This document shows, in pieces, positions 1 through 13,600 of a DNA stretch of 64,000 nt. The first letter of the stretch is position 1. Every line of letters starts with the position of its first letter. Below the pieces are notes generated by a model that was given only the letters and a program-made list of their open reading frames with translations, did not search any database and was not told where the DNA came from. Source of the DNA: Chrysomallon squamiferum. Lineage: Eukaryota; Animalia; Mollusca. Position numbers and translations under genes: made by a program. The stretch lies in assembly GCA_012295275.1 (NCBI GenBank), contig CM022665.1:12524001-12588000 (forward strand), given 5' to 3'.

Positions 1-322
1 TCTCTTTCTTCGAATGAGAGGCAGTAGCTCACTTGTAAAGAACTCGGAATTAAGGATCACAGAATCACTTTGGCGTGCTCAGTAAGCTTCTTTATGATCT
101 AGCCAGGGTTCCAGAACCAATTAAATAGTCTGTGATTATTGTTTTCCTGTCTGTAAAAAAAAAAAAAAAAAACATAAAAAGTAACCCATAAAAGATGTGA
201 GCGAGCTTAAATATTTATAACAGAATTATTGAGATAAACCAAATGTAAGCTCTACTTTTTTATATTATTATTGTTGTTGTTGTTGTTGTTATGAATTACT
301 TTTCATTCTCTCTCTTCGTCAG

Positions 323-2991
323 CAATCGGACTTAACTTCCTGTCAGTTTCCACAACAGTAGCTATTCTTGAATATTACCGCACAAAAAGGATGAGAGCTT
401 TGCTGTTTGCACAACTTGGACCTGTTCTTGCGGGCCTGTTTTATCGTATTATACAACGGTTTTTATTTCCAATTTTGCTGTTGAACGTCTGGAGAAATAT
501 TCTTCGCTTTGAAGCCGGAAGTAGCGCACTGCTTGCATTGGTAAGTCTGTGTCTGAGGCCGCTTAAGTTACGAATGATAGACAACTGTGATGACAGCCTC
601 GTTTCCAGGATGCTTGGTCTTTCTGGTTTTGGACTGTTTAAGGAACCTTTGCTTTACATAATGGCTGCCTTGTTTTTCTTCTGGAAAGGAGGTTTGTACC
701 TTTCAGTAAATGCTATTGTTGTTGTTCTTCATCATCATCTTCTTCTTCTTCTCCTAATTATTATCATGATAATTTATTTATTTTTTATTTTTATTTACTT
801 CTTTTTTTTTAACATTTTATTTGTCATTGTCAATATCATGTTTATATATTAATATTCAATAATGCTACAATAAGAACAAAACAACCCCTAAAATATTCCT
901 TTTCCTGTATAATAATTTCTTTGTAAGATCACAAATATTATTTTTCAGCTTACGACATCCCATTCGTAAAGCTCGGAACCTACGGTACTACTTTCATTAT
1001 AATTCCTGTTGGCCTATTGTTGTTAATTATTGCCTACCTGGGCAATTTGATTGGAACACTAATTGGATGCTGCTTGCCTCGCGATATGGCAATACGGAAT
1101 GTCTTCATCGTCATAATTATAATGAGCACAGTTACCGGATCGCTTAACATGAGCGCCAGTCAAATGCATCTTCCTATTTTTGCCATCGTCTACAGCGGAA
1201 TATTTGGTATTTTTACAGGTAAAAATTTCTGTAATATATATTCAGTTACTTATTGTTTTACCGTTCTGTCTATGTTTATTTTCACTGTTTGGATATTTTA
1301 TAGACGTTTTTTGTTTTGTTTTGTTTTTGAGGAGGAGATGGTGGAGTTTCTTTGGTATAGAAAATGCTTAAAACTATATTTTTATATGGTTGTTTTATTC
1401 TCAATTTAATCATTAAAAAAAAATAATAATAATATAAAAATTGTTCTTTTTTTTTTCTTTACAAAAATAAGTTAATTACTAAATACTGGCACTCCGAATT
1501 TACTTTTGGCCAATAAAAGGAGAAAACTTTATTTCCAATTTTTCATCAACAAAGACTGGACATAAAAAACACCTTCACCCCCACTCACCCAAAAAAGAGC
1601 TCAGTTTAAAATCAAATTTAAGTAATTAAATAATTCCAAAACATTTTTATTCAATCAGCTATATTAATATTGTTTAGATCAGATGTGGCAACGAATCTGT
1701 TTATTAAAAAGTGCGAAATATTATTAATGGGAAATCCCCTGACATTAACATTTAAAAGAAATAAAGCTTGTCAGACGGAAATAATTTTGAATATTAATAA
1801 TATCTTCTAATGGATCAGTGAAAACTCTAAATGTGTATGACAATATTTATTTATAGGTATTGGGATTCCGTGTTTGAAGTACACCATACCTATAGCATTT
1901 GGGGAAGATAATATTGCCCTGAGTACTGGCATTATGGAATTTTCATTCGGTTTAGCTAGCATTGCGATTCTGCCATTAGCAGGTGAGTTCTTACATTTAG
2001 AATTGTGTTATTACTTCACTGTAAAGTTCAACAAGTCCTTGAGGACAGAGGAAAAGAGATAAAAACAGAAGAAATTATTATTAAAATCATCTATGGCACC
2101 ATAACGATCCATGCGCTTAAATACCATATAAGTAAAATGTAATGGTTATTACTTCAGTAAATTTATTATTATTCATATGTTAATTTATAAGTTGCTTTCA
2201 TCCAGTGGTACAGTGAGACTACAAGATCGAACAAAAACACGGAATAATATCTCTGTTTAATTTTCAGAATTCATTATAATTCATATATTTTATGAAATAT
2301 GAATGGCTAATGTCTTCACCGACTCAAGAAACATATTATTCAACCATGCACTCACGTGTGTTTGATCTATTATTAATCTGTGGCATCATTTGTAAGATGT
2401 AGGACTGCGCTGGTATGGAGAGTCATCGGATACTGTTTTACCTGATTAGCAGCAACGACCTTTTCGTATGTACTACATGTATCAAAGCACATGATATTAA
2501 CCACAGGGAAAAAAGAGAAATGTCTTAGACTCAAAATATGGATCATTTTAAATTATCTTTGCCATTATATCCTTTTTTTAATATTCCATATGTATATCTT
2601 AGCTATATTAATTTGTTTATGTATTTATATACTTATTTGGATAAAAGCACATTTTTTTATTTTTATTTTTTGTGTTACAGATGCTGTACAGAGACACATG
2701 GGAAAGATAGACGCTGCCTTCTATCTCTGCGGCTGTTTGTTCTTTATTTCTTCTCTCTTGGCGGTTCTTTCCATTGCAATCCATTGTAGAAAGAACAAAA
2801 TTAAGGCTGCGTCAAAAAAAAGTATAACCTTGGACGAAACATCGAAAACCGAATCACCTGAGATCCAGAATACAGAAAGGAGATCAAATGTAACAGGAAC
2901 TGAAACAACCTCACCAGTAAAATCAGTTTCTGATAAGGAACTTCAAAATGAGACAAGTTTAAGAGACCTACAAATGTCTACAAACCTCTGA
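323..2991 (+). CDS. Monocarboxylate-transporter-like (SLC16/MFS) gene, 3' portion, 5'-partial
   Basis: Four phase-consistent GT-AG exons: 323-691, 949-1218, 1857-1982, 2681-2991 (TGA 2989-2991). The spliced product is multi-pass hydrophobic with MCT-like segments IGLNFLSVSTTVAILEYYRTKRMRA, GLFKEPLLYI, AFGEDNIALSTGIMEFSFGLASIAILPLADAVQRHMGKIDAAFYLCG and a polar C-terminal tail. Divergent, so the subfamily is uncertain. Confidence 0.75.
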
Positions 2992-3837
2992 ATTTTGTGC
3001 ATGACAACGGTCATAACTGTCAGTTACTGAAACAGAACAGCAAGAAGAGAACTGATGGGACACATCTCAAGGAAAGATTTGTTCAAGACAGACCATTTTT
3101 ACTAATTTGTATTCTATGAAATGCAGTTTATCTATATTCAGTGCAATGGTTTCAGTGAAACTGATACACATCTCCGACTTTAGTTTTGATTTTTCTAAGA
3201 CAGGCTGTTGTTACTAATTTTGTGTTCTGTGAAATGTAATATACCTATATTCAACGAAATAATTTCAATAAAGTGCTCGACATTTAGTACAAAACGTTAT
3301 CGTTTCCTCGTAAAGAATTATGGATGGACTTCGCGTGCGATTTTGTCCTCCTTATTTTTTCATCGATCTTTTATTATGAGAGTCTTATTTTTGGGGTAAA
3401 AATTACAATTTAATAACTTCAGTAGAAAAGTGCGTAAAACTTACTAAGAATCGTTCTGGCAGTAATCGAACTGTTTTCTAAATAACAAACCAGATACTGA
3501 CAAAGAAATCGCCATCAGGTTATGTGTGTTTAGTTGTTGTGAGGCAGTGATTCGATATCGATTCACTCATAAATAGCTTTCTAAACGAGTTATTTCTACT
3601 CGAATAACACGAATATAGATTTAGTGTGCTTGCTTTTTTACACCTAGCCGCACTGTGCGTGCGTGGTGATGCTGTCGACAACTGAGTAACAGTGATTTTT
3701 ATCTCACTACGTTTTAGTTGTTAATAAGGTTGTTCTTAATTATAATAAAAGTGTCTGAAACGTGATGGTCTTGAGATTTTCTTAAATTATTTTATTACTT
3801 TTGTAAAATGATTATGATTTGATATTGCTACGAGTAG

Positions 3838-4669
3838 TTAAATAATAATAATAATAATAATGACGATGATGATAATAATAAGACAATAATAATGATAATT
3901 AAGTGGTAGTAATAATTGTAATTCTGTTAACTGTAATATTAAATAATAGTACAAGCTGGAACAGTAGTAGTAGCATTATTAGTAGTAGTGGAGGTAATAA
4001 TAATAATAAATATTAGTAGTACTAATAATTGTAATAATAATTAAATAGTAGTAGTAGAAGTAATAGTAATAGTACCAGTAATAGTAGTGGTAATAATAAT
4101 AATTAAATAGTAATAGTATAACAGAATGGTTGTAATAATAATAATAAATAGTAAATTAAATAGTAACCGTATCGGTAAATATAACAACAAGAATAATAAT
4201 AAATTTGATCAGCTTTAACAGTTTCACTTTTGCGAGAGAGAAAAAATTCAAGTTTTCTTTGCTGGTAACTAAGCAACAGTGGCTAGGAAGTGCATTATTG
4301 TGCTGATTGAAAATACCGTCTGCAAAATTGTGTAGTTTCTTCAGTCATCAGTATAGACAGATTGTTATCTGTTTATATAAACTGATTTATTAATTATTTC
4401 GCTTTCGGAATAAGAATCGTTATTATGTCTTTGGCTGCACATTTATACTGAATGTATTCTTCTCTGCTTCATAACTATTGTGTTAGTTATGGCTGCTTTA
4501 GTAATGGTGTTCTATGTATATTGCATTAGTCTATTATTATTATTATCGTTATTGTTACTATTATCATTATTATTATCATCATCATCAACATCAACATCAT
4601 CATCATCATTGTTCGTATTGTTATTTATTTTGTATGTCACTTAAATTATTGCTGTTTGATGTCCGTGTA

Positions 4670-4717
<48 letters not shown>

Positions 4718-4790
4718 CAATAACAACAACAACAACAATAATAATAGCAGTAATTACAATAATAACAACAACAATAACAATAAATTTTAA
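3838..4790. repeat. Low-complexity AAT/AGT/ATC/AAC trinucleotide tracts
   Basis: Tracts at ~3838-4205 and ~4530-4790, directly visible. Confidence 0.85.
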
Positions 4791-6864
4791 AAATTAAACA
4801 GTTCTACTTAAATATTAATAAAAAATAAAAAAATTAAAAGCATGAAAATATAAATGTTAAAAAAATGTTTAGAAATTTAATGTTTTATTATGCATAGTTC
4901 AACAGGTATATGTCTAGCTATCTGTCTAATGTTTTTATCTAATTATTTCATTTATGTATTAGTTATTTTCTTTGCTTTTATTTTATTTACGCATTTTATT
5001 CTATCTCGTTTCATCTGATCTAATTTCATAATTAATTTTATTTTATTTCTTATTTATTTATTCATTTATTATCGAAATAAAATTATTTTCTGTATAACGT
5101 CCTGTTATGTTGTTTTTTTGGGCGGGTTTGTTGTTGTTGTTTGTTTTGTTTTTTTTTAATTTATTTACGTCCCATAGCTATAAATCATGAAAGTACAATC
5201 ATAAAAGTCAACTTCAAAGTTACCTTAACGGAAATTGAGTAGGACAAAGAATGAACGGTCTGTTTAAAGAGAAAAGTAATTAAGATTTCATTCGTTTGTT
5301 CTTCTTGTTGTTGTTTTTTTGTGAAGGTTTTGTGTGTGTGTTTTGTTTGGTATTTTTTGTACTTTTTTTTTTTTTTTTTGTATGAAATAAACGTGAACTA
5401 ATGACGCAGATAATGTAAATTTATTTATTATTTAGAAGACATTTAAAAGTGTGGCAAGTGTATATTCAGTATTATTAAGGTTTGATTTGTTATTTCGTTC
5501 TTTCTTTCTTTATATATTTATTTATTTGTTGTTGTTGTTGTTTTTGCTGCTGCTGCTGAGGCTGCTGCTGCTGTTGTTGTTTTGACGTTTATTTCGGATA
5601 TTTGTTCTTGCTTTTCTTCCTCTTGTCGATGTCGTTATTAACCACTCCCTAAAACAAAAATTTAATTTAATATGAAAATGTCAGCCTTTTAAAACAAAAA
5701 CAAAAAAGTGTAACATCTGATTAATATTATTATATTAGGACATGAATATTAAGCATTTGTAATTCTGTCATTGTCATATAATCTTTATTGGTGGTGGTGG
5801 TAGTAGTCGCAATAGTAGCAGCAGCAATATATTATAATCAACAACAACAACAACAATTCTAGTACCAGAAGTAGTCAAAAATATAGTAATAATAGTGATA
5901 GAAGTAGTAAACAGAGCAGCAATAGCAACTCCAGCTGTAGTTTTATCAATAGTGATTTTTTTATGCACACGTTCGTTCCACGACTTTTGATAAGTCTGAC
6001 ATGGAGCATTAGTTGGAACGGAAAAGACTGATCTACAACCCATTAGAACTCAAGCCAGTGCTCTAACAAATGTATTCAGTTTCTATTCAGCTTATATATG
6101 CCAGAATTTATCATTTTTATTCAAGCGTTGAAATTATTTCACGGATTAACACTTATTCACGTTACTCTACGGGATATCATTACTGTCTGTTGTTTTCTAG
6201 ACATAATAAAAAATGTAATGAACTTGTCAGATTAGTAGTGACAGTTACACTAAAATGTTAAAGTGTGCCTAAATAAACAGTCTAATAAATTGTTTATACC
6301 TTCAAGTTATTATTTTATTATCTTAGGCAATCTTTCATCACTCATAACAAAGTATGACAATAAAACCATACTGTTATAAAACATATGAAGGCCGCCATTT
6401 TACCATTTTGATGTCATTCGAGTAAAATGGACGCGCTCTGAACCTTTATCAGATGATCCAAATAAGTTTAATTCCACAATATTTAAATTTTCTTAAACGC
6501 CCCATCCTGGATGTCGTTACGGCTAATATTTGCTATCTATGTAGTTCATACTTTACTACAATTGTTATTACAATTGTTTTGCATAATTTTATGATGAAGT
6601 TTTTTCGTGGTTTTGTAGGGGAGGTTTGGTGTTGTTTTGGGGGTTTTTGGAGGATGTTGATGGAGTAAATGAAATTTGCCTCTTTTTTTTTTTATCAGTA
6701 TGATTTCTTGCAAAAAAAACAAAACAAACTTTTTTTTTTTTTTATCTCTACAATATCCTGATGTAGTAATAAGTCAACCAATACAAAAACCTTTAAACGA
6801 TTATATTTTTACGTTTGACTTAACTGCACATAACCTCTGTATTTTATATATAATATTCATTTAC

Positions 6865-7060
6865 AGCTAGTTTTAGTTCAGTGTAAGCTTAGGGTTGCAG
6901 GATCCATTCTTTGGGTACTCCTACTGGTCATTTGCCTATTCTGGCCAGCAATAATGACTGGATTTCTAAAGCCCGTGTATTCAAGATAACGGGAAGGTAT
7001 ATATATAAGGACCCTCTCTGCTAACTGCGTAAGAAAAGCCAAGGCGGCAGACGATTTAAT
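6865..7060 (+). mobile_element. Decayed tRNA-derived SINE-like repeat; related minus-strand copies at ~2435-2510, 21090-21240, 24080-24200, 25690-25830
   Basis: A-box-like head (tagttcagtgtaag...ggttgcaggatcc), then ttctggccagc..gactgg..aaagcccgtgtat..atatataaggaccctctctgctaa. The reverse motif attagcagcaa..gatcttttata recurs near 2446, 24080 and 25724; the 21090 copy matches the adjacent body/head segment. Resemblance to mollusc Nin-domain SINEs is from memory. Confidence 0.5.
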
Positions 7061-8070
7061 ATTAATATGTTAAAATGTTTTTTCATCAAAATTAGTTTCC
7101 TCTTCTTCTTCTTCTAATCATCATCAACATTATTATTATTATTGCTGTTGTTGTTGCTGGTATTGATGATGATGACGACGTTGTCATCATAATCATGACT
7201 ATATCAACGTAATTTATGTTTCATGCTTTATGATTGATTTATGAAACGGGAGAGTTTGTGTATTATTCATCGATTATTATGGTTATTAAATCATACTGAA
7301 AATAAATAACAAATGCTAATGGGTGGAAGGGCGCTGAACGATATATCATTTAAGTGTTGGCGGAAAAAAAAAAAAAAAAAAAAGGCCGAGATCGGTTGAA
7401 ATATTACATGTTGATTGGTTGATCGATATAAGGTGCGACTGTAACTAAAGATGGATAAAGCTTGTTACATAACAGATGCCAGAAGGGCAGCTGTTAAGAT
7501 GGATTTTTAACAGTTGCTTTCAGCACATTAAAGGCAGGTTGTTTCATTTTCAAATAACGTGATAATTTTTCGTTAAGAATATATACGTCAAGGAATGCAG
7601 TGAAATTAACAAATACATTTAGCTAGCCTGTTTTCGGGAAAAACATTTTCTGTCGGAAACTGTACGGACGAGAATATTTAGCAACGTTCGAACGAGAATA
7701 GTTACTAATATTCGTACAAAAATATTTACGAATGTTGCACAAACGTTAAATGGAGAGGCACAAAAACACAAATCAAGACCGTTACTCATATCTGGTTTCA
7801 AGAGGTGTCGTATGAACAATGGCAAATTTGTTTATTCTCATTACGGCGAAGTCAAGTGTCTTTCGAAGAAAGCAAATAAAATGGTCAAAGAAAAGTACAG
7901 CGTTAAGTGTACTCGTCGGGATATTTATGTGTCAGGTCAGATATCTTTTTCCACGCAACGTGACGCAAAATCATTTATAATCAATTTGCTTGTTCTCGTC
8001 AAAGAAGGATACGCAACTGCCTCTGTCTGAACCAAAATTTGTTTTCTTTGTTTTCACAAAATTCGTGATC

Positions 8071-8754
8071 ATGGTAGTGATAACGCAGCAATATCTCAAT
8101 GCTGAAGGAAACAGCAACGTAACGTTTATGTCTCTGTTAAGAGATTGTAACAACATTTGCGAAAGAAAAAGATCGAGGACTGAACTCTATTCAGAAACTG
8201 AAAAACATACTTCGAAATCAAATTCGCATTTGGCAGACGAAAGGAGGCTGTGCATACGATACCCGAGTTTTCTTACATCACATTCTCGAAGCAGATTGTC
8301 GTTTGGTTCTCCGTGTTCCCTTCCTAGAATCGCCACCACCGAAAACCGATCCAAAAATCATGTGCTGAGACAGACATGCAAAAAAGAACACAAATGGAAG
8401 ACGACCAAGCAGAAATGTTACAACCGAGATGAACCTCAAGAGCTGTATCGGATCTCTATGCCCTGTACGACAGGCTGCTGTTATTGTGTTTACGCAAATC
8501 GTCTGGGACCAGTAAAACTGTACGTATCTACGTATACGCCACCCAAACCAAAAACAATCCAAGGCATCAGGGATGGCAAAGGTCGGAGAGTGATTCCAGC
8601 GTCGAGAAAGAATGATATTAAAGGACTTGTATACGATCATAACTCATTTTCACTACATCCGCCCGTTAAGACATTCAAAGGGACGTTTGGACAAAATGCA
8701 GCACCAAAGGACTTCAGTATAAATAAGAAATGGAATAAATATATTCGAAAATAA
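8071..8754 (+). CDS. Intronless orphan ORF, 227 aa, basic and Cys-containing, function unknown
   Basis: First ATG of the 7990-8754 frame is at 8071. The 684-nt ORF sits in a GC/CpG-richer island within very AT-rich DNA. Reverse CCAAT (attgg) and TATA-like tataagg lie near 7414-7433, and AATAAA motifs occur at and just after the stop. No recognisable domain. Confidence 0.55.
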   Translation: MVVITQQYLNAEGNSNVTFMSLLRDCNNICERKRSRTELYSETEKHTSKSNSHLADERRLCIRYPSFLTSHSRSRLSFGSPCSLPRIATTENRSKNHVLRQTCKKEHKWKTTKQKCYNRDEPQELYRISMPCTTGCCYCVYANRLGPVKLYVSTYTPPKPKTIQGIRDGKGRRVIPASRKNDIKGLVYDHNSFSLHPPVKTFKGTFGQNAAPKDFSINKKWNKYIRK

Positions 8755-10233
8755 AAATAAAATAAATTAGGTATTTGTGAACTGATATATATAGCACAAA
8801 ATATGTAACTATATATATGATAGGGGTACTGTGGGTTTAAAAGGAAAGATTAATTATGTCAAAATGAAGAAAATATAGGCTAGTGTTATTTATTGGCATA
8901 AAATTGCATTTTAGGGAAATGTGAAAGCTAAAAAAAAAATGCGTTTGAAAGATATAAAATATATATATAATAAACATAATGAGTTTCTTAAGTTATGTCA
9001 ACCACAGAAATTAACCTTCAGAATGTTACCATTTGTTTTCTAAAAAAAAGAAACAACAAAAAAAAAAAAAATGAATATTATATTGAAGTGTAGTAGTGGT
9101 AACGTGAACATTAGCCTAAATATACCAGTATTTTGTTTTGCTTTCAAGCTACTGTTTCACTGGTCTAAAAGTCAGTCTTTATTAATAATAAAGTACAGAA
9201 GTAATACAACATGTCCGGGGAGGCTTCCCTTTAACATATTTAATATAATTATAGTTACACTGTTATAATAATATTATCATTATCTTAATTGCAACAGTAT
9301 TTTAATTTCCACAAAAATATTCATCGTGCAATAGCTTTAACTTTAATAAGAAATGACAATTAAGAAAACGAGAATTAAAAATAAAATATGTATTTTGAGT
9401 ATTAGTGACAACTGTTACTAAATTTGGTTGAAAAACATCTACTTATTCGTATTAGTTTCTGAATATCTATGTACAAACTAAAACGTATCGTCATAACTGT
9501 ATATTTTAGTATTTGTTTCCTTTCTATTATTACTGTTGTTGTTGTTGTTCTTGTAGACCTTTGAGAAATAACTGTTAAACAGTTACTGACATAGAAAACA
9601 TGTAAAGAACTTGAAATATAATTCTATATTAAATAAAATTAATAATATAATTTTCTTCAAAATCGTTTATTTTATTATATTACATTGTTTTAGTCAGATA
9701 ATAATAAAATGTATAATTTATTTTGTCATGGATTCTAAAGACACACAATTACATAAGCATATACATACATGAGATCACATACATACATACACACGCATGT
9801 ATATAGGCATATATATATGCGCATACATTCATAAATACATCCACATATATAATATGAATAAATTATATTTATAGCGGTTTTACTATCTACTAGGTTATGA
9901 TGATATCATTTTAAATAATGTTTTTAAAGTATCAATATAATGAAAGTTTTAGCTGTCAAGTATGTTAGAAAATGAGAGAGATCGGTGTGAGTGTAAGATA
10001 ATGAAGTGACGTAATCTCATTCCCAATTACTTAACATTAGCTGACTTAATCGTATCATTATTACTGAAACTGGCAGGGACCAGTACCAACTATGACCTTC
10101 TATATTTGTGTTTCAAATCAGCTGGAATGACAATAACATTATAATCGTTTATATTAACTACATAACTTGTGTGCTACACAGGATTTGCTGTTTTGTAATC
10201 TTTATCAATATGCATTATATATAGAAAAAGCAA

Positions 10234-10238
<5 letters not shown>

Positions 10239-10296
<58 letters not shown>

Positions 10297-10338
10297 TTGT
10301 AATTATGTAGTGATTAAAAAACAGCTTTTGTGTGTCCT

Positions 10339-10416
<78 letters not shown>
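10239..10416. repeat. (TC)n and (GA)n microsatellites in inverted arrangement
   Basis: (TC)n at ~10239-10291 and (TG)n(GA)n at ~10339-10416, directly visible. Confidence 0.95.
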
Positions 10417-10419
<3 letters not shown>

Positions 10420-10609
10420 ACTGCAATTCAAAAACAACGTTTTGCGCACTGTCTTATAATAATACACTTTTCGAGAACCCAAACTATATGTATTAAGGAG
10501 TGGAAAAAGGATCATCAAGAATTAGCTTTACGGTCGAGAAAATATTTATTTATAGCAACCAATAATATTAAAGGAGATGTATTTTTAGACTAATACTTAG
10601 AGGGTAATA

Positions 10610-10650
10610 CCGGAAGTTACTCTGATAAACAAAAATGCAAGTAGTGGAAG
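10610..10650 (+). promoter_or_regulatory. ETS-type motifs in the HACE1 proximal promoter/5'UTR
   Basis: CCGGAAGT at 10610-10617 and a second GGAAGT about 30 nt downstream, within 70 nt of the ATG. A YY1-like AAATGGCGG lies in intron 1 near 10877. Confidence 0.45.
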
Positions 10651-10677
10651 TTACTGACCTTGATTTTAAATAAGAAA

Positions 10678-13600
10678 ATGGAGTTTTTGCAGCATCTTGC
10701 CACATCTTTAAAGCGTGCAAGGACTGCCGAATTACCTGAAGGTGAAAAATATTTACCATTTACAATTATTTGATACTTCAGAATTATAACGCCATGTTAA
10801 ATTAAAAACGAACAAAATTAAATATATCTTGAATCTTCACCAAGTAGTAACTAAGTAGTGAATCTACTAAATTAGTAAATGGCGGTACTTCATTAGAAAT
10901 CCTTAATTTTATCATTATTATTGTAATAGAAATACTATTGTTAGAGAGTCTATAAATAACAGAAATAATAATAATAATAACTGAAATAACAGAAATGTAC
11001 AATCACTTTATATCGTCAAAAATATTCTTGAAATAAAAACGATCAAAAGTTGCTGGTTAGCTCGTAATATTTGTCCCACCTACTAATTTAGATAATACAG
11101 TTAACTTTTATTTATATGTCAAATTATTAACTGAGTCTTAAATAATATATTTTTCAAACAAATTATTACTTATATTTTTGTAATTTATCTAGTTAATTTG
11201 TAGTAGGACTTTATTTTGTTACTGTTTGTGTTACATTTTCAGATAGTAAACAAGCGTTCATTTTGTTGATGCCAATGGTGATTGCTAATCAACACAGGTA
11301 CTTTTTTTAATAATAATAATAATAATAACAAAAGCAGATTGCAGTTTAATTTAAAACAGAGAAATTAAAACATTTTTCAAATGAACAAGATGATTATTAG
11401 TTTCACCTAGTATACAGTTAGCATTTTCTGAAAATATTTAATTAGCCAGCAGAGCAGAAATCTGTTTTATTATTATATTGAAATAGTAATTGAATTATAT
11501 GCTAATATGTCTACAAATTTTATTTAAAAAAAAAACAAAAAAAACCCCACATAAATCTATTTGTAATTACAACATCACTAGCCCAAACTGATTGCAAAGA
11601 AAACTGAATAGCTTTTTAATTTAAATAGTTTAAAAAGACTACAGTTAAGAAAACATCTGGTACCCTTGAACAGTTGTAAAAATTTATAACAGTTATTCCA
11701 GTAAAGACTTTTATAATATACAGTATCCACAATTCTTTATTTCTTTTTCTCTAAACTCTTGATTTCTTAATCCATTATATATTACACATGTATACGAGCA
11801 TTGTGTGTACATCTCAAAAGTCACTGAACTCTGGCACTGAGTATCTGCATGCCCTGTAGTTTCTCTTATTTATCAGGTTTAAAATGCTGATAACATTGTT
11901 TAGCATTCATTTCTTGATTTTCAGATCTGTGAGTGATTTACTGTGCAAGTCAAAATTTGATGTCAGTTATGTTTGCGGAAGAGCTTATAGATCCCTGCTA
12001 CACATAGCTGCAAAGTATAATTTTTTATATGTTAATTTTTATTTATTTTGAAAAGTTTTACTTTAATCTTATTGATATTTAATTTATGTTTAGTGTTGCA
12101 CATAAAGGAAAAAAATTCTTTATATATCAATTTCGTTTTTTAAATTTCATATTAAGCTTACTTAACACATAGCAGTGTAATTTTATATAACTTCACTGTA
12201 TTAGGTCTGAACATTTTATAGTATTACCTTTTGTTTCACTTTAATTAGTTTAATTTAATTAGATCAATTTATTTCATTATATGTTTGTTAATTTTATTTT
12301 GTTTTCAATAACAATTGTTTGAGTTGTTTTTGTTTGTTTTTGTTTTTTATCTTATGTTCACTGATTTAAAGATTAGCAGAATATCATTTTTGTATAAGTT
12401 AAATCAAAATATATTTATTTTTAATTTTCAAATAGCATTTTTCTCAGTATATCAATACAAAAAATATTTTGATTTACAAAAAACAACTGTTTAAGCAAAA
12501 TGTAATATGATTTAATATGTATAGAGAAAGCTCTGTATAGTGTAACTTTGGTGATATAAAGAAAGAGTTCAAATATATCCAAATTAATTCAAAGTTATTT
12601 TTTGGAGGACCTTTTGCTGTCTTAATTAATAATGAAGTATAACAACAAAACACCATTGTTTTAAAATACCTATTTTTCTAATTGTGATAATATCTGCAGA
12701 CATATTTGCAAAAAAGTTTCTTCTAATCAGAAAAATACAGCTACCTGTCCATCATGAATGGGACATCATGACTCCAGCCATACACAGATTAAAACCTTGG
12801 CATTCAGATGTTTTGTAATAGTATTATTTTACTGTCATTCTTTGTTATGTGCAGTGACAGATCACTCAAACCAATAAAAGAATAACTTAGAAATATAAGA
12901 AAATGTTTTGGATCATTTGTTTATTTAAACACAAGCAGACTAATACAAATATTTATGTTTGTGTAGTCAGATTTGCATTTAAGATGGCATTAGTCATAAT
13001 TAAACTGTTTGGAAGTGGCAGAAAATAATAGTTAAATAATAACTGATTACCATATGTGAACTAGTGCATAATGTCATAATAAATAATATTGTAAGCTGAA
13101 AACTGTAAAACTTACACCTAACAGCTTTTTGTAATAAACTATTACTTTGAGTTCACTTGGGTATTTTATGTCAGTTTTAATAATGTTTCAAAGAATATTT
13201 GAAATTTAATAGTGAACAAGTATAAAACTAAAGTTGAGTTCAGATTTATAAACCAATATTAATTAATTATTAAAAGATTTATTTATTTATTTATTTTTTA
13301 TATAAATCCTTTTCATAAATTGTTATTATCTTTGGTTGCATTTAATTTTAGATATAATAACAATAATGAAAAGACTATCCATGCAAAAAAATGGTTTCAA
13401 AACCATATATTTTTAAAAAAATTAAATAATACTGTTGAATTCTTCAGTATGAATTGAATTGTTAATCAATACAAAAAATATTACACACAACTGGAAATAA
13501 TAAATTTAGTAATAGTTGTATTTGACAATGTGAAAAGTAAATTTAGTGATAATTCTGTTATTTTGTTATTCCCACCTTTATTTACAGAGCACTGATTATG

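Noticed and set aside
19-70. tRNA gene (ggcagtagctcacttgtaaag...)
   Set aside because: Only a decayed A-box-like stretch is present, with no cloverleaf or B-box; it is better explained as a SINE head.
7662-7740. CRISPR-like array
   Set aside because: The units are contiguous degenerate repeats with no spacers, in a eukaryotic context.
7812-8754. Ornithine decarboxylase antizyme (short ORF1 ending in TGA with a +1 ORF2)
   Set aside because: The shift site is GTC-TGA rather than TCC-TGA, and ORF2 has none of the antizyme motifs (LLEYAEE, TFMFLGF).
10330-10593. RE-repeat or LS-repeat ORFs (also 54845-55174)
   Set aside because: They are artefacts of (GA)n microsatellites.
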